From contig OZ210885.1 of assembly GCA_964658305.1 (NCBI GenBank), positions 15,562,001 through 15,626,000 of the forward strand: 64,000 nucleotides of DNA. The letters are read 5' to 3'. The notes beneath the pieces are model-generated. The model was given only the letters and a program-made list of their open reading frames with translations. It was not told where the DNA came from and ran no database searches. Shown here in pieces: positions 11,985-24,494 of the stretch. Positions within the stretch are counted from its first letter, which is position 1. Each line of letters begins with the position of its first letter. Position numbers and translations under genes: made by a program. The stretch comes from Leptogorgia sarmentosa. Lineage: Eukaryota.

Positions 11985-12981
11985 ATGTCCGGGAGTTTCA
12001 GAGTCCCAAAGCTAATTAAACGGCTCAAAAAAGATCATGGTTTGCCATCCTTCGACTGGAATTCAGTAAATGACCAGACGGAACTTGCGAGCGGTGCTTT
12101 TGGCACTGTATATTTCGCGAATTATGCAGGAGATGCACGGGTTGAAGCACGAAAAGTTGTCCTAAAAAAGTTAGAGTGAATCCTTTGAAGCAAAGCGTCG
12201 ATTTCTAAAGGAAGCGGAGATGGTCAATGATATGAAACACCCAAATATACCATCTTTTTTGGGCTATTCGGACAGTCCACATGCCATTATGATGGAATAT
12301 GAAAGTTTTTGTTTTAGGCCATTTGGCGCCGACAAGGTTATCAGCAATCTTGAGGATTTTTACCACTATGTGGATTGCGAATACGATTTTGAAGCGTTCG
12401 CTGATATTTTGCCCGTATGTCTTAAGGATACAGTAACCGGCCTCGAGTACTTGCACAGGCACAACATTGCTCACCGAGATTTAAAGCCTCGGAACATTTT
12501 AGTATCGAATCAGCACTACTGCGACATCGATCCCACTGGTCTCAAGCAAATGTATGCAAAGTGTCCGATTGTCTGCAAAGTTGCCGATTTTGGACTAAGT
12601 AGATCATTAGAAGTGCAAACTCAGTCCGTCTTACAGTCAAGAACAGACGATGTTTGTCGTGGTACACCAATCTATATGACCCCGGAAATCCACACCCGTG
12701 GGCTAACAAGCGCAACCCAGGCCGATTTGCAGTCGGCAGATATGTGGTCATTGGGTATTCTAGCATATGCGTCGATTAACCCCAATCTTAGAAGTCCTTA
12801 CCGCAAAGAAGCAGATAATCTAGGAGGTGTTTTAGATGGCGACATGATGAAACATTTCATGCAGCAACAGCGCCTTCCTGAACATGACGGAAAATACGAG
12901 GCTTTACGAGTAACAGAATGGTAAATAGAGGACGTATTTACCACATGTGCAAGGTTTGACCCCAACTTACGACCAACAGCA
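11985..12981 (+). pseudogene. Ser/Thr protein kinase domain (one frameshift at ~12173, one in-frame stop at 12922-12924)
   Basis: SGAFGTV, VVLKK, FLKEAEM, HRDLKPRN, ADFG, GTPIYMTPE, ADMWSLG, and subdomain XI (CARFDPNLRPTA) after the stop. Confidence 0.9.
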
Positions 12982-13768
12982 ATGGAAATTTCCCGTATGG
13001 TGAATTTCAAGGAACCCGAAGCATCGTTGGTTGTCAAAACACTGAAAAACAGCCAAAACACTGCTGTTGAAACAACTGATTTCAATTTGGCCACTGGATT
13101 TAGTGACGCAAGTACACGCACCTCTGTCACCTCAGTTGGACGTCCGGGTCGATCGATGCTGCCTGAAAATGATGGAACTAACGCATGTGCATTTTTAGCT
13201 ATCGCAATTGGTGATGCAATTCAATGTGATTACCTGACCAACAAGAAAGAAAAGCCTTCGTGGGATAACCTGGTATCTTTTGCAGAAGAAGCCATAAACA
13301 ACATTCCATCACAAATAAATGACCATCGAGATCCATCTAAAAATTACGATTCATCAGAAGCCAAATCAATTTTGGAAGAGAATGGACTGCTCAGCGCAAA
13401 CTATGAGCTTTCTGAAGAATGCTTATCAGCTAAGGGCGTGTTCTCAGAAGCGGGAAGGAAAGAAATATTGGATGGTCTAGCCAAGAACGGGCAAGAAGGA
13501 ATGGGATGTCAAATAAGCATCTATACCTGTGGTTCCTATATCTTTTTAATAGGGGTATACAACGGGGCATACTTTTTAATTGACACCCATCCCATCGGAG
13601 AAGATCTAGGAGGAAACGGAAATGGAATACTTGTGACCACGGAAGATGCGACAACACGCTCGTTGAAGTTGTTGGTCCAATGGATTTTAAAGCGTCTGAA
13701 AGCGAGCGCGATTAAAGGGCTCGAGGCTCAAAGTCTGGCATGGATGACACCGAAATTCTCAGAAAGGG
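12982..13768 (+). CDS. Domain in frame with the kinase; putative papain-like cysteine protease (peptidase C76 / herpes tegument DUB-like)
   Basis: GTNACAFLA (candidate catalytic Cys) and, about 135 aa later, beta strands ending YFLIDTHP (compare FDPH/FDSH). GT donor at 13769. Confidence 0.5.
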
Positions 13769-14466
13769 GTATGATATCGCGTAATATAATTAATTATATT
13801 TCTATACAGGGGCTTAAAACTGTATCTATAACCACTTAAAGCAGCATTGAATCCACGTTTCCGACTCTCAAAAAACAAACTGCTGGCAAAACAAAGTCAG
13901 TTGTTACAGTATCACGTTTATACTTCAAGATACTATCTGAGCATCCATCGTTTTACATGCTAACCTAAATACCTTCCTAAAAATCCATAAGTCATGAGGA
14001 ACTAGAGATATCATTCTTCTTTTTCTGCGATAGTACATTAATTCCATATTACACCACGATAAACATGCCGCTATTTCTGGAAAATGTATCTCGGGGCAAT
14101 TACCTTTAGATTCTGCAGAATGTCCTCTTACTGGGCAAGAAATGGCTGGTTGCATAGTTATCAAACTGTTGGAGCAAAGGTGATTACAATCAGAAGCTTC
14201 GTTTATTTTTACCATCTTTTGGACGAAAAAGCCTTCGATGTAATGCTATTATTAATTGCTTATTTCCATTTCATAGGTTACGGAATTAGACACATCAAGT
14301 AACTTGAGTCAGGATTCTGTTGTTTGCATTAATGTGTAAGTGAATAAAAATAATGAAAGAAATCTACAAAATCACAGAATATAATTGTGGAGATGGAGTT
14401 CATTAAACTAGAGGGGGGATCTACCATTCAGTATCTCTTGAAGCATTTTGGTCACTTTTTTTTCAG

Positions 14467-17120
14467 CGATTCCACAGATAGTGACTCTTCCGATTATTTT
14501 GATTTCGACATTACAAGTACAAAAAGTGATGCCGATCGTGTAGAAGGAGTGCCGTATAATGGTGACGTTCTCACCCCAGTGTTCAAATGGCGAAACACAA
14601 CGTTTTCAGTTGAAAATTTGGTGGAAATTCTACTTGGAGAGCATTCTTCAGAGCAATTTGTGAACATAGCCCACAACGTGACCTTTTTGGTGGACAACAC
14701 GAAGATAAAGAACAAGAATGACATTAAGTGTGACGATATGGGTGCATGGAAACACATTGGGTCGCCAAAGAAACATGTTCATGTGAAATGGGACAAACGT
14801 GGCAATATTAGTCATGTAACTGTAATGAAAGGTGACGACAGTCAAGCTAACAAGCCTTGTAGATTCACATTGAAAAGAATTTATTACAGAAATCGCTCGA
14901 GTACAGATCTGCGAAAGATTCTGATAACCATTGAAGGTATTTATGGCTACCACTGAGTATTTTGATAAATACAAAACAAGTGACACTCCAAAGATGGTTT
15001 TCATTTTGAAGAATTATAATAATTTCAACGTTTCAACGAACGTGTAGTCATCATCATGACCTAGTATGGTCTAGGCCTAGTAAGGCCATCGAGCCTTATT
15101 TGTAATTGCTGAAACAAATTAATGCTAAACCATTATGTTGCTTTCTTTAATAGATTCAGAGGAAGTGGAGCCACGTTATACGCTAATACAGTACCTCTTT
15201 AGCGGAAAGGAACACGAAGTAACCAAAATTTTACCACATGGTAACTCCAAGCCCAAAACTGGGGAAAGCAAGCCCTGCAAGCGTTTGATGGCGAGTACCG
15301 GAGAAGCATTGCAAGATTCTATAAAAGGAGACAAAACTGTCAAATTTGCGTTAGACAAGGTCTATTGTTCCGTAGGAGACGTAACTAAGGCTCGAAGTAG
15401 TGCTCAACTTCCAAGGGGACCAAGAGATATTTACAGTGCAAGATACGCAGCGAAGAAAAACGCGGAGAAGGCGAATGAAGTTCAGGGAATTTGGGGACTG
15501 CTTGAAAAAGCAAAAAGAGAAGAAAAAGTGAACAGTGACTCAGCCTTTATTAGAGAATGCGTAATACACCCAGACTTTCTGGTTATTTTGGCTACCGATC
15601 GGCAGTTACGTGATCTTAAGAACTTTTGTACCAACCCCAGCGAGTTCTGCGTATTTGGAGCAGATCCGACGTTCAACATCTTCGAGGAAAATATCAGCCT
15701 TACCGTTACCACCTACCGAAATTTGAAGCTCCATCACGGTTCAACAAAAAAACCTCCGGTTTTTATTGGTCCAATTTTAATGCACCAGCGTAAAGACTGG
15801 AAAACCTTCTCTAGGTTTGCAAACTCGCTGATAACCCAATGTCCAGATCTGGAGAACATCCTGGCGTGTGGGACAGACGGTGAGAAAGCCCTAATCCAAG
15901 GATTCCAGCGAAATTTTCGTTTTGCGAAGTTTTTGCGGTGCTTCATACACTTTAAGGACAACGTAAAACGAGAATTGCAAGCACGAGGACTGTGCCCAGC
16001 AGCCAAGAAAGAAATTCTTGCAGAGATTTTTGGAAAACAAGAAGAGGATGTAAAGTACAAAGGCCTAGTAGATTGTGCCAGCGAGGAGGAGTTCGACACC
16101 AAACTTGAAGCTCTAGAAAATAAATGGAACGAGCGAGAATCAGCTGGAAGTACTTCCACACGAAAATCATCTACGTTCTATGAATGGTTTCTCCAAGAAA
16201 AGGTTAACGTCGGCAACTTAGCTAACTTGCATGCGCTCAACTATTTTTTTTGAACATTAAGTGTGGTGATTATGTTATTATTCAGTACCCTTGGATATAA
16301 ATTTTGTCGTGAGGACAACTGGCTATAAAATTGCGAAATATAGCAGCTCTCGGAACAGCTTTTCTGATTGGCTGTTGCCTACCAATCACATTGTTATGCA
16401 TATTATTACTTTCACCTCCTTTGTCTTTAGGGTCAGGGTTATTGTTTGGGTTGGCTAACCAAAGCCAATCAGAAAACCTCTTCCGAGTGGTGCTACAATG
16501 CCCCTAAAATGACCTATCTATTGAATAACGTAATTTTGATAATTAAATAGGCAAATGACATGAAGACATCGATGCTTTCGCCAATCCGTATTGACGCTGG
16601 TCTCGGTGATCCTCCGAGGGAATATACTAACAACGACACTGAGGCAGGAAATTTTATGATAAAACACGCCATGAAGTTTGACAAGAAGCACCCCCACCAG
16701 TTCATACAAGAAGTAAAGAATGTTGTTGAAACCCAATTTCGCGATGAAGATCGAGCTGTGTTCGGAAAGGGTGTATATGAAGTTCGTCCCGAGTTCCAAC
16801 ATTTAGTTGTTGACGATCAACAATGGAGCAAACTCGGACCTGAGGGGAAGATGCAAAAGCTCGAAAAGTTCTTGAAAAGTGGCATGGGGGACAAGAAGAC
16901 AATTCGAATAGAATCAAACAACCCTCGGATAGACGAATCCGCTTCGACAACAATGTTGTTACCAGTTTCCGCATCTTTTTGTGGCATTACGACGGTGCAG
17001 ATTCCAATTCTAGACTCAATGTTTGAGAGAGCCAATCGTCTTCTTCAAAAGTCTAACTCCGTGGTCCCAAAACCAGGAGCCACAGACGGCTCATATGTTG
17101 TTGCTGGTCACAACAACAAC
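14467..17120 (+). CDS. MULE-type transposase exons (14467-14936, 15154-16202, 16551-17120), interrupted by the BEL insertion
   Basis: GADPTFN, GTDGEKAL, LRCFIHFKDN (CxxH), YTNNDTEAGN. Splice phases match (phase 1 at 14936/15154, phase 0 at 16202/16551). Confidence 0.85.
16341..16495. mobile_element. Small palindromic MITE-like insertion in a transposase intron
   Basis: tagcagctctcggaacagcttttctgattggct ... agccaatcagaaaacctcttccgagtggtgcta imperfect inverted ends, with ttagggtcagggtt inside. Confidence 0.6.
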
Positions 17121-17336
17121 TTTCGTAAATTACTTGCCTCCCTGAGTACTATCTACGAAATAAACTCGCCGGTTGGTCAAGAACCTTTTAATATAGCTTT
17201 CTCAGTCCCGAATCACTCACAAATTCCCATAACAACAACAAATTATATCGATCGAGCACATGTAAATACCGCTCTGTCATTGGCTATAATTTAGAGCATG
17301 ACTTCCCATACAGCGATTCGCTCAAAATCTTCAACA
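17121..17336 (-). repeat. 3' LTR of the BEL/Pao element
   Basis: Direct repeat of 22461-22676. Confidence 0.93.
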
Positions 17337-17434
17337 CTCTCCCCCATATACATTCCCAGGGGGATGTATATTTACAGTTTTACTATTAACTCAACGAAAA
17401 TATAAATTAAGTCCTACGTGTTCTCTCGGTCTAC

Positions 17435-20400
17435 TCATATGTCCTCCTCTTCCGCCATCACTTGTATACGTGCGCGTGCATCTTCGGCAGCTGCTCTCCT
17501 CTGACGAGGTTCAAACCTTGGTGCAGCAGCATTCAGCCTAACCGGTTCCCTTGGCAACCCGTCGCAGCTCAATTCCATGGGATATAGGAGCTGCACTGGT
17601 CTCTCCAGTGTTCCATTCTTTGTCTTCAGCCGCACGGCTCTCACAACGCCATCTTTGCCAGGATAGGTTTCCTCAACCACTGCCGAGGGCCACACACCTC
17701 GATTCTTGTTATCGCTTGACACTATCACAACGTCTCCAGCTGTCGGGCAGAACTTCCCTCGTTCGTGCGTCATATTGTGTCTTTCCCTCAATGCCGTTAA
17801 ATACTCCCTCTTCCAACGTCTCCACAGGTTGTTTTTACAGGCAAGAAGGTACTTGGCGTGCTTCCTTAGGTCAAGACATTCGATTCTCCACGTATCTTCG
17901 ATGGGTAGATGGTTTGAGCGTTGGTACAGGAATGTTGCTGGGTAAGGGTTGGCAATTCCAAGTCGTCCTCCACGTACAATAATGGTCGCCGGTTAATCTG
18001 AATTTCGATATCTAGCATCAGTTCAGCCAGCTCGTCCCACGTCTAAAATCCTCCCCCAATGACCTTGTACATTGCCGACTTTACGACTGCGATCAGCCGT
18101 TCAAACTGACCGCCCCACCACGGAGCACGGCTGAGATTAAACTTCCACGTTATCTCGTGCTCTTCCATTAGCCCTCGTATTCGCTCATCCTTACGTATTT
18201 GCTTTAACCACGTACTGGCCTTAACGAATGTTCCACCGTTATCGGAGTATATTACCCGCGGGCGCCCACGACGGGCGATGTACTTCTTCAGGCTTACGAG
18301 AAATGTTGGCGTCTCTAGGTTCTTGAGAAGTTCCAAATGGATGGCTCTTGATTAGCTGCAAGCGAAGATCGCCAAATATGCTTTCCCTTCCGTTTTCGCC
18401 GATTTCTTGTATTTCAACGGACCCGCGAAGTCGATGCCGACTACTTCGAAAACAGTCCCTGCTTCCGTTCTGTCGTTCGGCAGCAGTCCAGGAACAGGTG
18501 CGGGTGCAGCTCTCACACGAAATCTCTTGCAACCCCAACATTCGCTGTGTACTTTCTTCACTAACCCTCTAAGACGAGGAACCCAATAAGACTCTCTCAC
18601 TGCCGCCATCGTAATGCCCACTCCCCCGTGAAGTGTTTCGCTGTGCACGCTCTGAACTAACTTCCGTGTAAACATTGCATCGTAGGGGAGGTAAATAGGA
18701 TAACTCCCCTGGATTCTCCCCTTACAAACCATTACGTCACATTCAGTCTGCTCGAGTCCTAACCGCGCACTGGTATGCGGGTAGTGTGACTTCGAAGTAT
18801 CACGAAGCTGTACTCGCTTGATCCACCATTCCTTCGCGGCTGCGACTTCCTCGGTAGCTAGGGGTCCGACTCTTTTATCCTTACTTCTACAGTTGTGGAT
18901 GAACCGATTCAGCCAGGCACATATCCGCAGGGTGCTTCGAAAACTGTGTCGTTCGAGTATCTCGTCGAATTCATCGGACGCTGGTTCGGACTGCGACACG
19001 CACAGCACTTCGCGGATTATCTTCGCTTCTACTTCTGCCGCAGGCGACGTCTGTAGCACCGGTTGCTCTGGCCATTTCGAACGCTCCTGTAGCCACTTGG
19101 GTCCCGTCCACCACAGCTCTGACGATGAGATCGATCCTCCACGGCTTGCTATATCAGCTGGATTATCGGACGAGGGCACGTACCGCCATTGGACTTCTGC
19201 GTGAGCTTGTATTTTTGCAACACGATTAGCAACAAATTGCTTATACGTTCCGTTGCCACATATCCAATGCAGTGCTACCAAGCTGTCACTCCACGCATGA
19301 ATAGATGGAGCTGGATCCTTTGGAAGAGCGTTGCGCACATTCACTGTGAGGTTGGTAGCCATGTGTGCACCAACCAACTCTAATCTAGGTATGGTCAAAT
19401 TCTGTTTCGCCAGTCTGCTTTTAGCTGTCACCAATTGTTGTGTTGTCCCGGATGGTTGTCTGACAACAGCATACACCGCAGCTCCAACCCCCTGAATGGA
19501 CGCGTCCCCGAAAGTATGCAGTTCGATTTCTGTAACTTCTTCCTGGTGACCTACGATTGACCTTGGTACCGTTTCTTCCGAAGGTAAAGATCTTTCCCAC
19601 CTTTCCATAAGCTTATCATCAAGATCGGCATCCCACGGTATCTTTGCATCGCACACGTCGCGATATATTTGTTTCCCTTCGAGGGTCAAGGGTGAAACTA
19701 ACCCTAATGGGTCGTAGACTTTCGCCAGCTTGCTCAATACCCCACGCTTCGTTTTCTGCGCTTCATCACTTGGAAATGTTACTGCTAGGGTGTCTTTACG
19801 TTTGTCCCATTTCATTCCTAATACTTTAGTTTCACTTGGTTTGACCATAAGTTGTTGCTTCGCATACGATTGGTCTCGGTGATCGATTGGGGAAACATCA
19901 TCTTCTAATTGTGGATCGTTGGAGTTCCATTTGTGAAGCTCAAAGGTGGTGTCATGCAATATTTCTCGTGCGGTCTCTTTTCTAGCCTGTGCTTCTTGGA
20001 CGGTCCTCCCTCCCGATAACACGTCATCAACGTACATGCTGCGTCGTAGTAATGCAACTTCATCAGGGTATCTGTCTGCCCACGCATCCAGATGACTTTC
20101 GAGCACTCCTTCTAGCAAGTATGGAGACGGAGCCAAACCGAACAACACCCTTGCAAATCGGAACGTCTCAACTTCGTCCATTTCACTCTTCCGCCAATGA
20201 AACCGTAAGGCATCTCTTTCGCTTTCTCTTACCCGTATCTGTAGGAATGCTTGCCGTATATCTGCAGAAACCATAACGGGAAACGCTCTTTGTTGAATGA
20301 GGACGTCCCAAAGCTTGTTTTGCAACGACGGACCGCTGTGTAGGCAATCGTTCAGAGATGGACTGTCCGGAGTCGCCCGCGCTGAAGCGTCGTATACTAT

Positions 20401-22407
20401 ACGTAATTTAGTTGTTTCCGCATTTTCCTTAACGACACACTTGTGAGGAATGTAGAATTCTTTGTTAACTGGCATGTCAGGTGCCTTTTCCACGATTCCA
20501 GCTTCCACTTGGTCACGAATTATATTGTCATATCGTTCTGTCAGTCCGTCTCTTTGTAATTTCTTAGTCAACCCGTTCAGGCGATACAGGCTTCCGGTCT
20601 TGTTTGAAGGGAGTACTGGGTGATTGTTGCACCATGGTAACCCGGTTTCATACCATCCTTCTGGGGAACGTCGTAGTTGCTCTTTAAATTCCGTGTGTAC
20701 TATCTTCTGATCATGTTTGGATGAATCTGCTAGACCTAACACGTCCAGACGGCTGAGTTGCTCGTAGTCAACTTGACTTGTTTGTGTCAACAACACTGTC
20801 CGTTTGTCGAACTCGTTACCCGGAGACATGAAAAACCACCCGAAGCGAGTAAGTTCTGCGATGGGCTCTCCTGTTTTCCCAATGAGTGGCTTTGTATTCG
20901 TTTTGATCTTGGCATAATCCCCCGCGCTGAGGATAACATGAATAGGCAGCTGTCCTTTGGTATCCTTGTCCGTAATGTCAACTTGTTGAAGGTGGGGGTA
21001 TGTGGCTGCTATTCTTTCGTATTGTGGATTGTGTATGGTTAGCAACTGGGCCTTGTTTACTTTTGTCAGTTTCGCATCCATTTTAAACTCTCCGTCGACG
21101 GAGGACAACTCAGCATCGTACAGGTCCAATCGCGTAATATGTGTCCCCATTAACATTTCCACTCGTCTCGTCGTGCTTTCGCTTGGCTTCTTGTCCATCA
21201 TCCTTGCAACCTTCGCCGAAACATAGGAGCTGTTGGACCCACTGTCAATGAGTGCTCGCGTTGTTATCCCATCCACTTTTACCAGGACCACTGGAAATAC
21301 TCCTTCTCTGGCTCCATTTGCAGTCAATGCGATTTTCTTTCCTTCGGCAGTAGACTGTTTATCACAAATAGAGGTGTGATGCCGCTGACCACACTTTTGG
21401 CACAAATTTTTACTCTGGCATTTGGCTGCTTGGTGACTGCCGAGAGCACAATTGAAACAAAGGCGTTTCTTGGCGAGGATGTGTTTACGGTCGGAGACTG
21501 ATGTCACCTTTGGACAGTCGTTAGCTTTATGGTCCTTGCAATCACAGTATACACAACCCCGTCCTAAATTGGAATGAAATGTTTTCATTTCCCGCTTCTT
21601 CCTCTCTGGTTCGTCATCCCGATCAACCGGATTCCTTCGCACCCAGAGCCGCAAGGCTTCCGCAAGCCTATGTAGATCCCAAGACTCCCATTCATTATCT
21701 GACCTTACCAAATCTCCCCGAATCCCCGGTAATTTATCAAGTGCTAAGGAGGTCAACCCATTAACACCGTCCAACTTGTGCATCGTTTGCAGAGACTGTA
21801 CACAATATGTTAAATTTTCACTAAATTCGCTGATCTTTTTCGCATTATTCAATGTAATTAACGGTAAATCGAGTATTTTCTTACTATACGCTTTCACGAT
21901 CTCGTTTTCTTTCCCATATTTCTCACGTAAAATAGCTTTCGCCCGATTATAACCTTCGGAAGTGAACGGAAGTGACTCGACCTCGCGTCGTACTTTCTCG
22001 CCGAGTAGCTCTTTTAGGTACGAAAATTTCACGACGTTTGCAATACCAGATTTCTCTATAGATTCGTTAAATTGTCCCCAAAACCGATTCCAGTCCGTAA
22101 ATGATCCCTCGAACTTCGAAATTACTAACTTTGGCAGCTTTGCGGCGACTTCCTGCCCCACTCCGCTCATTTGTTTAGCGGACACTCTCGTACTCTGCTC
22201 CGATTGAAGTTGTAATTTTGTTTCATGAAGCTTTATTTCGAACCTCAACCTTGTGGTGTCCTTCCCTGATTCTAGCACAGAACCAGTTCGCCCACAAGTG
22301 ATGGATAGCTGTTTTATTTTGACATCTAGCACTGCGACTTCGTCCGATTCGGTCGCCATAACGATAATAATCTCAGAAAATACAACGTTGTCACGACGTA
22401 TACACAC
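17435..22407 (-). pseudogene. BEL/Pao gag-pol: DUF1759 gag, zinc knuckles, protease, RT, RNase H, integrase (frameshifted), DUF5641
   Basis: KLPKLVISKFEG, CFNC..HQAAKC, ALIDSGS, FGLAPSP, MYVDD, FGDAS, IPRLEL, GIDFAGP, SDNGGTF, PWWGGQFERL, GKDGVVRAV..LERPVQLLYPME. Frameshifts near 18350 and 18040. Confidence 0.93.
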
Positions 22408-22460
22408 AATACCTCACGTTAACTCGATATACGTATTATATTTCGTCTGGAGGTGCCACG

Positions 22461-22676
22461 TTTCGTAAATTACTTGCCTCCCTGAGTACTATCTACGAAA
22501 TAAACTCGCTGGTTGGTTAAGAACCTTTTAATATAGCTTTCTCAGTCCCGAATCACTCACAAATTCCCATAACAACAACAAATTATATCGATCGAGCACA
22601 TGTAAATACCGCTCTGTCATTGGCTATAATTTAGAGCATGACTTCCCGTACAGCGATTCGCTCAAAATCTTCGACA
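22461..22676 (-). repeat. 5' LTR of the BEL/Pao element
   Basis: Direct repeat of 17121-17336; PBS adjacent at ~22441-22458. Confidence 0.93.
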
Positions 22677-23799
22677 CAACATCCACGTTGTAACTCCAGG
22701 GAAAGGAGGCTCATTAAGGTGCGACACCAGCTGTGTAAATCGATCAACACATATATGTGAACATGTTTTGGCTGTGGCACAAGTTCGAGTCTCAGTCCAA
22801 GAGTTTATAAATTGGTACAAGAAATCCAAGAAAGGCCCACGACTCCTTGACATGGCTCTTGACGGTGGGCCAAAGAATGCGGGAAAGAAACCCAGCAGGC
22901 GCAAAAGGACGAACAAACAAAAACCAGCTGTAACAACTGTGACTGATCTTTTACCAGAAATGGGTCCTGCCCCCATCCCAGTTGGTCCACCAACTACGGT
23001 GAGTGTTCAGCCTGTTTCAGAAAGTCCAGTCTTTCCCAGAAGTTCCCCGTTCTTTCATCGAAGCAGTCCCACACTGATCTTACCACAAAGGATTCCTGCC
23101 GCCGTCCCTTTTACTCCACCATCTACGGCCAATGTCCAGTCTGTTTCAGAACTTTCTGTCTTTCCCAGAAGTTCCGCATCATTTCATCCGGGAAATCCCA
23201 CCCTGCTCTTACCACAAAGTTTGTCTGCAACCGTCCCTGTTTTTCCATCAACTTTCAACAATGTTCAGCCTGTTTCAGAAAGTCCTGCATTTCCTAGTAG
23301 ATCCGCGTCCTTTCATCCAAGGAATTCCAACCCCATCTTGGTACACAATAATCCACCAAATGTGATGGCTTCATACTCAACGCAACAACAAACCCACATA
23401 GCCTGTCCTCCTTTTCGTCCTCAGACCAGTCAACAACCAGGGGGTTGCATGCAGCTGCCACATTCCGCCCAGACTAACTATTTCACGTTGAAATGGTTAA
23501 CAGGAACTCGCGTCTCACGCTGCTATCGGGAAATCAAAAACCCCCCAGAATCTGTTCCCGATGACCTCGTCGTCGTCTATCGCGATGTAAGGCAGTACAG
23601 ATCAAGAAATACAGGGCAACTTCAATATACACAGGAGCCACAAAACGTTCATTTTCACCTTAGAGCTTCCTGCATCAGAACAAGGTGCCGAAATTTCCCT
23701 AGTGCCAGCGCTCTGGTTGTACCAAATAATTTTAGGCCACACTTTCGTTTGGAACACATCCAAAGGCTTAAAATGGAATTTCCTGGGTGCATTGATTAA
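22677..23799 (+). CDS. C-terminal continuation of the kinase-MULE transposase: SWIM zinc finger, three Pro/Ser-rich repeats, C-terminal Cys/His domain
   Basis: Rejoining across the LTR insertion gives GSYVVAGHNN(N)IHVVTPGKGGSLRCDTSCVNRSTHICEHVLAVA (SWIM-like). VQ(P/S)VSE..FP x3. HFHLRASC. Confidence 0.8.
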
Positions 23800-24409
23800 A
23801 GAGGCGCTGATTTATGGACAGTTGTTACCGAACGAAGGTCGACGTTAGGGTACGCACTGGGACGGGACTGGGGTTAGGATCACAAACACTGTGTATTGAA
23901 AATGTGTCCGCGTGTTCATATTGTTAGGTTATTTGAAACAATTTATAAGCTTTTATTTTTAATAAAAGAACGATAACATAAAACACAAACTATCTTTTAA
24001 GTGCCTTGATGGCAACCACCACAAATTGTACAAACCATGCAACTTTACTAGATACGTTTGTTAGGCTTCCGTTCAGGAAATTGCATTGAAATTACACTAA
24101 GTTGCAGTGAAATCGCTAATAGAAATAAAACAAATACAATATACACCAGATTCCCCGGTTCCCCAATTCCCGGATTCCCCGGTTCCCCGTTCCTTGTTTT
24201 AAAGATAGCCCATATGATGGCGATGGAACCAGTGACGTGCTGGCATTTTTTGGCAGGGGAGGCCATTGGACCTCTGTGAAAACAGTAACACGTATGATGC
24301 TGTTCTAAGTTAAGAACTCCTTTTGATTGCGGGTACTATGCCAGACGTAGTTCCTAGTCTCACTCTCAAGGTGTAATCATTAATCAAGATCATATCATAG
24401 CTATAAGCC

Positions 24410-24494
24410 AAACGCAATATTTTCAAGCCAAACGCCTAAAAAAGAAGCCAAAATCGACAAATTTGGCTTAAAAAGAGCCAATCTGGCAACCCTG
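24410..24494 (-). mobile_element. hAT-like terminal fragment
   Basis: Ends in ctggcaaccctg (reverse complement cagggttgccag), with agccaaa subterminal repeats. Confidence 0.55.

Larger units (their letters stand above)
17121..22676 (-). mobile_element. BEL/Pao LTR retrotransposon, full length
   Basis: 216-bp LTRs at 17121-17336 and 22461-22676 (4 transitions). PBS tggcacctccag next to the 5' LTR, PPT gggggagag next to the 3' LTR, caac duplicated at the flanks. Confidence 0.95.
11733..24210 (+). mobile_element. Mutator-like DNA transposon carrying a protein kinase (about 6.9 kb without the nested BEL element)
   Basis: TIRs ggctatctttaaaacaaggaacggggaa and ttccccgttccttgttttaaagatagcc, with GGGGAA(T/C)C subterminal repeats. 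TSD catatgatgg at 11723-11732 and 24211-24220 (or 8-bp atatgatg if the TIR is one base longer). Confidence 0.9.

Noticed and set aside
11985..12981. Kinase as an ordinary host gene
   Set aside because: Intronless domain lying inside matched TIRs and TSD, collinear with transposase exons.
18407..22468. Many short plus-strand ORFs in the BEL element
   Set aside because: Antisense or alternate-frame shadows of gag-pol with no motifs.
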